Virus record (IMG/VR): IMGVR_UViG_3300028837_000933
Location: 57,821-121,820 of that record
Direction: 5' to 3' (one strand)
Length of the DNA stretch: 64,000 bases
Source of the DNA: a virus
The position numbers and the translations under genes were made by a program. Positions within the stretch are counted from its first letter, which is position 1; the number at the start of each line of letters is the position of its first letter. Shown here one piece after another: positions 57,055 through 64,000 of the stretch. Below the pieces are notes generated by a model, which saw only the letters and a program-made list of their open reading frames with translations, was not told where the DNA came from and searched no databases.

Positions 57055-58329
57055 ATGAAAGTAACGATCCGCGTAGAAGATTTACAGTCTGCTCTCGGGC
57101 GCACGCTACCAGCCGCCGTGAAGAACTCCAGCTTGCGCGTCCTGAGCATGGTCAGGATCAAGGCAGAGGAAGACGCCCTGGTTCTCGCCGCGAACAATCT
57201 GGAACTGTCCGTGACCGTCACGCTCGACAAGGGCGTTGAGGTCGAAGAGACGGGTGCTGTCTGCATCCCGGCTCACACGCTCTACGACTTGGTGCGCGAA
57301 CTGAACGGTTCCGCCGATGTCACCCTGGCGACCCCGCCACCGCCCGACCCGCCCCAAGCGCTCGTAGATGATGCGATCGAGAACGGCACCGAGTTGGAAT
57401 GGGAGCCACCGCTACCGTTCCGCTTGCTGATCAACAGCGAGGCCAGCGAGGCGTATCTCGATGGCCTCACCGATGACGAGTACCCGCTACCGATGACAGG
57501 CGCCGAGGAACTCGAACTGTACGAGTGGGCGAAGGGTTCCGACTTTGCCCGCCAGTCCAACACCGTGATCACCAGCGCCGCGAGTGACGAATCGGTCATC
57601 GTGCTGACCCAGATCCTGTTCGACTTTGAGCAGGAAACGCCCGCCCTGGCCACCGCCGATGGATTCCGAATGGCCTGCCTGGGGACACCCCGCAAGCCGG
57701 AAGGAAACGCCAGAGAGGTCTTGCTCAGCGCGTCAGCCGTCAAGGCTATCATGCGGAGCATCGATGCGAAAGAACCGTTGACCGCCGCCTTGCTCTACGA
57801 TGAAGAGGACGCGACACAGCGCCACGTTCGGTTCGAGTCGGGCAACGCTATCATCGTCTGCCAGAGCATGGGTGCCAAGTTCCCGCCCTATCCCGACTTT
57901 GCACCCAAGACGCAGTTGTTTGGCGTCACGCTCAACGCCGAGCCGTTCCTGCGCAAGTTGGCGCTGGCTAACCTGTTCACGGGTGGCACGCACGTCCTAC
58001 GTCTTACCGTCCGGAACGGCGAGAGCCCTGAGCTTGCGATGAACGCCGTGGATGACAGCCTTGGCACGCTCAACGATTCCGTTCCAGTGACCTTGGAGTT
58101 CTACCATGACAGCGACGATGCAGAGGAAGAGGATTCCGAACCCGCGCCGTTCCAGTACGGCCTCAATCTGGTCTACTTTCGCGACTTGCTCAAAAGCGCG
58201 GTCGGTGCATCGGGGGAGAGCAATGTAACCCTGGAGTTTTCCGACTCTGGTTCTCCGATGACCGTCAAACCCGCTGACGAGGCCGAGTTCTTGGGAGTGT
58301 GTATGCCGTTGAGTCTGCTTATCCAGTAG
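57055..58329 (+). CDS. dnaN: DNA polymerase III beta sliding clamp
   Basis: LAANNLEL, GAVCIPA, EYPLP, ATADGFRMA, KFP.Y, LNL.Y..D.L, GVCMPL; contains Pro-rich and acidic insertions. Confidence 0.9.
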   Translation: MKVTIRVEDLQSALGRTLPAAVKNSSLRVLSMVRIKAEEDALVLAANNLELSVTVTLDKGVEVEETGAVCIPAHTLYDLVRELNGSADVTLATPPPPDPPQALVDDAIENGTELEWEPPLPFRLLINSEASEAYLDGLTDDEYPLPMTGAEELELYEWAKGSDFARQSNTVITSAASDESVIVLTQILFDFEQETPALATADGFRMACLGTPRKPEGNAREVLLSASAVKAIMRSIDAKEPLTAALLYDEEDATQRHVRFESGNAIIVCQSMGAKFPPYPDFAPKTQLFGVTLNAEPFLRKLALANLFTGGTHVLRLTVRNGESPELAMNAVDDSLGTLNDSVPVTLEFYHDSDDAEEEDSEPAPFQYGLNLVYFRDLLKSAVGASGESNVTLEFSDSGSPMTVKPADEAEFLGVCMPLSLLIQ

Positions 58330-58347
58330 CCCAACGCGCCGTTGGCT

Positions 58348-58378
58348 AGGGCCGGGACCATCCCGGCCCTTTTCTTTT
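58348..58378 (+). terminator. Intrinsic terminator
   Basis: AGGGCCGGGA-CCA-TCCCGGCCCT then TTTCTTTT. Confidence 0.8.
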
Positions 58379-58473
58379 GCCCGCATCCTCTGTCGTTCCC
58401 ATCGGAACCGCAAACACAATCAAAAGGGCCTGTTCTACGTTAGACAGATACCACAGAAAGGGAGGGAGCCAAG

Positions 58474-59793
58474 ATGGAGAAAAAGGTAACGTTCGATGAA
58501 CTGTTTCCTGGTCTTACGGACGGCTTGACGGTCGCCAAGCCAGATCAGGAAACGCATCTGGACGCCATGCGCGAACAGATCGCCGCGCAGTTCGGGATCG
58601 AGGAGCCGTCCACCCTGCAAGGGCGCCGGCTCGAAATGGACTATCTGCGCGAAAATGGTATCTGGATCAGCGTCCACTGTCACGGCACATCGATGTTCAC
58701 GCGCACCGTGTCCTGGGAAGAGTTGGGCATCCCCCACGATGACCCCCGCGTTGGGCTTATCACGAGAGGCATCAAGCACGTCATCCCCAAGAAAGCAAGT
58801 GACAAGCTGCTCAGCTTGGAGCGCCGCGCCCGCTACGCTCTCCGCAAGTGGGGCGTGTCGGTCGGCGGGATGACCGGCTACTACTGGCTCTGCGGAACCG
58901 TGGCACCAGAGGACGAGGGCGATCCCGATGTGAAGTCGGCCTACGAGAAATGGAAAGAGGCCCACGATGCAATCCTGGCCGAACTCGAAGAGCACAAGGC
59001 CATGATCATCGAGAACCTTGACGAATGGCGTGACGTGCGGTTGCCAGAAGTCTTTGGCGAGATCGCAGACAAGGCGTATACCCAGCGCAAGGCGATCACG
59101 AACGGCTCGAACGGCACACGCAAGGCTTACCGCGAGCTGATCATCCGCGCCGCTCAGCAAGCCATGCCGATAGCAAAAGACGTGCAGTATGGCATCTGGT
59201 TCGGCCACAGCACCCAGTTCCTGCTGAACCCGAAAGAGGTCGAGGCAGAGCTTGCGGTCATCGATGAGATCCGCGCCGTCTCCAAGGCCAAGCGCGATGT
59301 GGTCGAGGCTAGGGCCAGCGCCGAGAAAGCCAAGGCCACGAAACAAGAGGATGTCGCGTGGGCGGAGCGTCGGGCTGAACTGTCCCGGCTAGAGGCCATG
59401 CGCGAGGCGGAGATCGCCCACGCAGCCGAAGAGCTTCAGCGGATGGGTTCCCCGTTACAGACCGTGCTCGACTCGATGGAGAGCCAGCTGTACTCCGCGG
59501 TCGTGGCCATGCGCGACAAGGTGAGCGCCAAGGGTTATCTGCACGGCAAGCAGAAAGAGCAAGCGAACAACGTCATCGAACTGTACAACACGCTCAAGGG
59601 GCTAGGCGGCGACCGTCTCCGCTCGGAGATCCTCAAGCTCGAGATCGCCATGGAGACACCTGGCGAGAAGTTCGCCACAGACGGTGACGCGGTCGTTGCC
59701 GCACTCAACGAACTGGCCCGCCAGACCGTAGAGGCCGCGCAGCGAGTGGCCAAGTCCGCAGGTTCGGGCCGTGCAGCCTACGTTGACTTTTAG
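58474..59793 (+). CDS. Helical coiled-coil hypothetical protein (possibly DUF3150-like)
   Basis: 439 aa; promoter motif and RBS; L.SLE.RAR..L.K.G pattern. Confidence 0.6.
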   Translation: MEKKVTFDELFPGLTDGLTVAKPDQETHLDAMREQIAAQFGIEEPSTLQGRRLEMDYLRENGIWISVHCHGTSMFTRTVSWEELGIPHDDPRVGLITRGIKHVIPKKASDKLLSLERRARYALRKWGVSVGGMTGYYWLCGTVAPEDEGDPDVKSAYEKWKEAHDAILAELEEHKAMIIENLDEWRDVRLPEVFGEIADKAYTQRKAITNGSNGTRKAYRELIIRAAQQAMPIAKDVQYGIWFGHSTQFLLNPKEVEAELAVIDEIRAVSKAKRDVVEARASAEKAKATKQEDVAWAERRAELSRLEAMREAEIAHAAEELQRMGSPLQTVLDSMESQLYSAVVAMRDKVSAKGYLHGKQKEQANNVIELYNTLKGLGGDRLRSEILKLEIAMETPGEKFATDGDAVVAALNELARQTVEAAQRVAKSAGSGRAAYVDF

Positions 59794-59908
59794 ACCCACT
59801 GGACAACGAACCGAGACCGGGGCCACGCGCCCCGGTCTTTATCGTTTCCGCACAATCGCTGTGCCCGCTCGGACGTTTGACAGATACCACAGAGTGAGGA
59901 GGGATAGA

Positions 59909-60289
59909 ATGGACACGAAAAAGCGTAGTGAACTGGTCAACACGCTCTTGAATGGCATGATCCCCGTCCTGCGGATCACTGGTCATCTGAGCGGTGAGCG
60001 GCAGATCGTTGTCATCGACTGCCGCCAGGAAAATGGCAACATGCCCGTCCAGAGCTTGGTCATGCCATTGGCCGAAGTCCTCAAGATAGCCGATGGCAAA
60101 GAGGCGCAGAAGATGCGCAAGCTCGCACGGCGCCTGGAGCCAGGGTTCCCCGAACTGGGTGTGCTGGTGTACTTTATGGCCGAGAAGAAGGCCGAATCTG
60201 ACACTCGGTTGGTGCTGCCTCAGCTTGACGTTTGCCGACCGTTGCTCACGATGCACACCGCCAAGGAACTAGAGGTGATGCCATCGTGA
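59909..60289 (+). CDS. Hypothetical protein
   Basis: Promoter motif and RBS GAGGAGG. Confidence 0.65.
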   Translation: MDTKKRSELVNTLLNGMIPVLRITGHLSGERQIVVIDCRQENGNMPVQSLVMPLAEVLKIADGKEAQKMRKLARRLEPGFPELGVLVYFMAEKKAESDTRLVLPQLDVCRPLLTMHTAKELEVMPS

Positions 60290-60498
60290 CGCACCAGCTG
60301 ACGACCATCAAGATCGAGGTGCTCAGCGAGGGGCCGTACGAGTACCATTCCCTGCACCGTCTTGCCTATGACACCGACGAAGGCCCTTGCAGCGCCAAGG
60401 TTCGCATCACGGGCCAGCGGGAATTGACCGAGGACGAGCTTATCGCTGAGTGCGAACGCCAGCACACCGAGCCTGAGTTTTTCCTAGTGACGGAGTAG
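60286..60498 (+). CDS. Small hypothetical protein
   Basis: GTGA overlap. Confidence 0.6.
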   Translation: MTHQLTTIKIEVLSEGPYEYHSLHRLAYDTDEGPCSAKVRITGQRELTEDELIAECERQHTEPEFFLVTE

Positions 60499-60505
60499 GG
60501 CGGCG

Positions 60506-61036
60506 ATGCAAGCGAAACGGTTCTTGCTCAGCGAGTTTGAACTGCTACGGGCCACCAACCACATCAGTAAGACGTGGGGTGGTTCGCGGCTCGGCAACAT
60601 AGGACAAGTCGGCGTCTACCATGACGAGGATGGTCGGTTGCGCCCTGACACGTGCGGAACGTACCTACGCCAGTTCTTGATCAGCGTGGAGTTACAGGAC
60701 GACAACGCCTACCCACTACCTGGCGAGGAAACGGTCGGCAAGGCATGGCGCATCCGTATGGGCTTTTGCCAGACGAACATCACGAGAGCGCCATCGGGCG
60801 GTTTCACGCTGGAGATAGGCCCCATGGCGCTGTCTCTTTGTGGTACGGTCGAGCACGTGGTAGGACTGGTCGAGTGTATGCTCGGCAACGCGCCTGAGCG
60901 AGAGAACAAGCTCGAACGCTGGCTAGACCAAGTAATCCGCTGGCGTGAAGAGCGCACCGCGATCGCGCTCGACATCACCGCCCTAATCCGCGAGGACGTA
61001 CTCGCCCACCAGATGGAAGAGGCTTTGATCGACTAA
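60506..61036 (+). CDS. Hypothetical protein
   Basis: Operon ORF. Confidence 0.6.
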   Translation: MQAKRFLLSEFELLRATNHISKTWGGSRLGNIGQVGVYHDEDGRLRPDTCGTYLRQFLISVELQDDNAYPLPGEETVGKAWRIRMGFCQTNITRAPSGGFTLEIGPMALSLCGTVEHVVGLVECMLGNAPERENKLERWLDQVIRWREERTAIALDITALIREDVLAHQMEEALID

Positions 61037-61836
61037 TGGCCAAGAAGAAAGACAAGCGACAGGCTACGTTCATAGACGAGCAGATGGACGCGTTCCTGGA
61101 ACGAGAGACCGAACGCCTTGAGCGCATCGGAGCTGTCAAGGTCACGTGGTCCAAGGCCCAGGAACGCGGCATCTGGAATATGTTCGCGGGCCTACTCACG
61201 TGGGCCATCTGCGATGGAGTTACCGTGTTCCGTGGTGCCGGCTGGACGGCCGGCATGGCGCAGGAGCGCCGCACCGAGGTCGTGCTCGAGCGGCTAGTTC
61301 GCGTAATGCGTTGGGCCAGGGAGTTCCGGGATGCTGAGAAAGAGGCCGTTACCACCGCCGAGTACAAGGACGCGTACCAGCGGTTCTTGTGGCGCAAGAA
61401 ACGACTGACGAAGAGCATGACCAATTGGGAAGCCCTGATCATGCTCAGCGAGGCATCGATGGAGGGACCGCTCAGCCGGGACGCACTGGCGGAGATGATG
61501 CGCTGTTTCGCGCACTGCTACGGTCTCAAGAAATTGGCCGAACTGTGCAAGGACGAGGGCCAGTATGGTCCCTACATCGATCTAAACGCTGTCCAGGAGT
61601 TCCGGTTTCGCAAGCAAACGGGCCGGTTCCCCGCCATCGATGACGCCGAGATTGCCTGGATCAAGTGGGCCAACAGGGAGTGCAAGCGCATCAATACTCC
61701 GCCAGAACTCTGGCCAGGGCTGGGCTTACCCGTAGTCGTGGCCGATCAAGAGCCGCCCGTGCTTGGAATCCCCATGCAAGAAGTGGCACAGGAGATAGGA
61801 AATGAGCGACAGCCAACAGATCCGCATCACGATTGA
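61036..61836 (+). CDS. Hypothetical protein
   Basis: TAATG coupling. Confidence 0.65.
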   Translation: MAKKKDKRQATFIDEQMDAFLERETERLERIGAVKVTWSKAQERGIWNMFAGLLTWAICDGVTVFRGAGWTAGMAQERRTEVVLERLVRVMRWAREFRDAEKEAVTTAEYKDAYQRFLWRKKRLTKSMTNWEALIMLSEASMEGPLSRDALAEMMRCFAHCYGLKKLAELCKDEGQYGPYIDLNAVQEFRFRKQTGRFPAIDDAEIAWIKWANRECKRINTPPELWPGLGLPVVVADQEPPVLGIPMQEVAQEIGNERQPTDPHHD

Positions 61837-62296
61837 CGTGCCGACTGGCGATGTCAGCACAAGCAGCCAGCCTGACGCGATAGCCGAACTGGCTAGACAG
61901 ATCCAGCGCAACCGCAAGGCTTTGGATGACCTATGGCAAGCGTTCCGCGAGGTCTCTCCCGAACTGGTAACGATCTCACCAGAGGCCGAGCGGTATCTGC
62001 ACGACCTATACGTCCAGGCCGCAGCCGCTGTCCGCCGCGCCCGCGAGAGCGAGCGTCTGTATGTCGGCATCCGCACGAATGGTCCAGAGTTACAGTTTTG
62101 CGCGTTGCAGAAACCCTGGACGCTGAGCATAGTTCTGGAAGATGGCGAGAGCCTCACGGAATCGGCCCGCCGACTCATGCGCAAGGCGCACAAGCACGAG
62201 CTGATCAGCGATGCTCTGCCAGTCGAAAGGTTCCTGGCATCGGTCACGCTCTCGCTCCAGGACTTATGCGTAAACGCGACCGAACAGGAGAGCTAG
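61802..62296 (+). CDS. Hypothetical protein
   Basis: Operon ORF. Confidence 0.6.
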   Translation: MSDSQQIRITIDVPTGDVSTSSQPDAIAELARQIQRNRKALDDLWQAFREVSPELVTISPEAERYLHDLYVQAAAAVRRARESERLYVGIRTNGPELQFCALQKPWTLSIVLEDGESLTESARRLMRKAHKHELISDALPVERFLASVTLSLQDLCVNATEQES

Positions 62297-62581
62297 ATGG
62301 CCGCGCTTTGGATCGCTCTAGGTGTAATGCTGATTGCGGTTCTGATCAGCATCCACGAGAAGAACAAGAAACGAAAGGGAGGGAACTGAAATGGACGCCA
62401 TTGTCTGGTGTTTGATTGGGGCCATGCTGGTGGTTGTTATGGCGGATGTTACCATCCAGATTCGCCGCCACAGTCAGTAGTGTAGCCGTTTCCAATCTTT
62501 GTCATTCCCATAGTAAAATTATACAATCGACTCGCCCCGTTTGTCGTTAGATAGGTATCACAGAGAAAGGGAGGGTCAGAA

Positions 62582-63982
62582 ATGCACGGTCACATGGAGA
62601 ATGGTCGGACGGCCACCGAGAAAACGGTGGCTGAACTGGACAAGATGATTAGGTCACGCGCCGGCGTGATCTACATCGTTGGTGAGGAGCGCCGCGTGCT
62701 GGAGTCCCTGGTCAAGTACGCGGCCGAGCCCGTCAACAGCCTCAGCGGACAGCAGTTGTTGCCGTCCCGCCAGGTCTGGACCTGGCGCATGACTCGCGGC
62801 ATCGAGCCCCTGGAACTCAGCGGTACTGGCGATGTGGTGGTCAGCAAGGACGCCTCACGCAACGCCAAGTTCGATAGCGATGCCACAAAGCATCCCGCCC
62901 AGGCGCTCGATCACATCGGCGCGTTCATCAGCGGTGACGGCGCCACGACCAGCGCGGACAGGGCAGCGGCCAAGACCCGAAATGCCAGCTTGTTCGTCCT
63001 GCTGGACTTTCACCGCCACGTGGCCAGCGCCAGCGAGAACGGCACCGCTCAGCCTTTGTTCGAGAGGGCCTTGCGTGACCTGTACAGCGTGGCGTCCACG
63101 TCCCGCTCGGTTATCATCCTCTTGTCGCCCCGCCCCATGACGTGGATCGATGCGGAGCAAGAGGTACGGCTTATCGAGTGGCCGAACCCCGACCGACTGG
63201 AGTTGTTCACGCTGATCGAAGAGGTCGCCAACGATATGCCGGATCACATCGACACCGCGATGGACGATGATGGCAAGGCTGGCGGGACTCGTCCTCTGAT
63301 CCGCCAGAACGTGGGCGACCAGTTCAACAGTGCGCTAGGCGGGACTGAGGCGAATATCCGCTCAACGTTCCGCTTGCTCGAGTCGGTCGGCCCCGCTATC
63401 TGGCAGATTGACGAGATCGAGAAGATGTTCCCCAAGGGCCAAGGCGAGCAGGATGGTGGGACGGGACGCAGGGTGCTCGGAATGATGCTGACGTTCATGG
63501 AAGAGCGGAAGGAACGCGCCCCGCTGGTCTTGCCCGTTGTGACCGCCAACGATGTATCGAGCATCCCGCCCGAACTGCTCTCGCGGTTCGAGTGGATCTT
63601 TGGCGTGGACTTGCCCACCGAGCCCGAGTGCGAACAGATTCTGCGCATCCACGCTGCCAAGCGCGAGATCGAGTTCAGCAACGAGGAGTTCGCTGGTCTG
63701 GCAGCCGTTGCCAACGAGCGAAGTCTAACAGGCCGCGAGATCGAGCGCTGCGTCAAGGCATCCAAGCGCCGATGCTATAAGACCGACTTTGACTTGTTCG
63801 ATGCCCTGATCAACGCGCTAAAGCAGATCAAGGGTCTCGCCGCCAGCCGTCCGAAGGACGTAGCCGCGATCAGGGCCTGGATCGCTGAACATGCCATGGC
63901 CGCATCCAGCGCTGCCCATCTGGGCGATGACGATGCACCCACCGTGGAAGAGGATGGCGATCCGGTCGAGTACCTCATGTAG
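62582..63982 (+). CDS. Ycf46-like AAA+ ATPase apparently lacking its Walker A segment
   Basis: EERRV, LFVLLDFH, ERALRDL N-domain; WQIDEIEK (Walker B), TAND..IPPELL.RF; no GxxxxGK[ST]. Confidence 0.75.
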   Translation: MHGHMENGRTATEKTVAELDKMIRSRAGVIYIVGEERRVLESLVKYAAEPVNSLSGQQLLPSRQVWTWRMTRGIEPLELSGTGDVVVSKDASRNAKFDSDATKHPAQALDHIGAFISGDGATTSADRAAAKTRNASLFVLLDFHRHVASASENGTAQPLFERALRDLYSVASTSRSVIILLSPRPMTWIDAEQEVRLIEWPNPDRLELFTLIEEVANDMPDHIDTAMDDDGKAGGTRPLIRQNVGDQFNSALGGTEANIRSTFRLLESVGPAIWQIDEIEKMFPKGQGEQDGGTGRRVLGMMLTFMEERKERAPLVLPVVTANDVSSIPPELLSRFEWIFGVDLPTEPECEQILRIHAAKREIEFSNEEFAGLAAVANERSLTGREIERCVKASKRRCYKTDFDLFDALINALKQIKGLAASRPKDVAAIRAWIAEHAMAASSAAHLGDDDAPTVEEDGDPVEYLM

Positions 63983-64000
63983 CCAAGGCCAGGGCGGGCC

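Noticed and set aside
1-64000. Genome-wide TAG reassignment
   Set aside because: Many genes, including dnaB, dnaN and most array genes, end at TAG exactly where expected

Overview
Part of a tailed dsDNA bacteriophage genome. A Chloroflexota host is weakly suggested by the style of the DnaN and DnaB sequences; this is unverified. The left arm (1-15.9 kb, minus strand) holds a repetitive virion protein, tail/decoration proteins, a fused prohead protease-scaffold-major capsid protein, a lambda gpA-type terminase, a ParB-like plus DNA-modification gene pair, and a tRNA-Glu-like gene with a 78-nt D-loop. A ~3 kb strand-skewed, non-coding simple-repeat region follows (16.5-19.5 kb). The most striking feature is a 15 kb array (19.6-35.4 kb) of about 30 short unrelated genes, nearly all preceded by a copy of a ~90-160 bp structured repeat. 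The repeat has an invariant core, covarying stems, two mutually exclusive folds (one hides the Shine-Dalgarno) and left/right halves that appear shuffled between copies. The right arm (35.9-64 kb, plus strand) carries ParB, an ECF-like sigma factor, replication initiator, DnaB, beta-clamp, radical SAM and AAA genes, and shares a recurring CAATCG-N15-CGTT promoter motif (13 copies, one inside the array). An Illumina Nextera adapter at 56822-56887 shows the assembly is imperfect, so broken genes need checking against reads. All family assignments are by eye from motifs; no searches were run.
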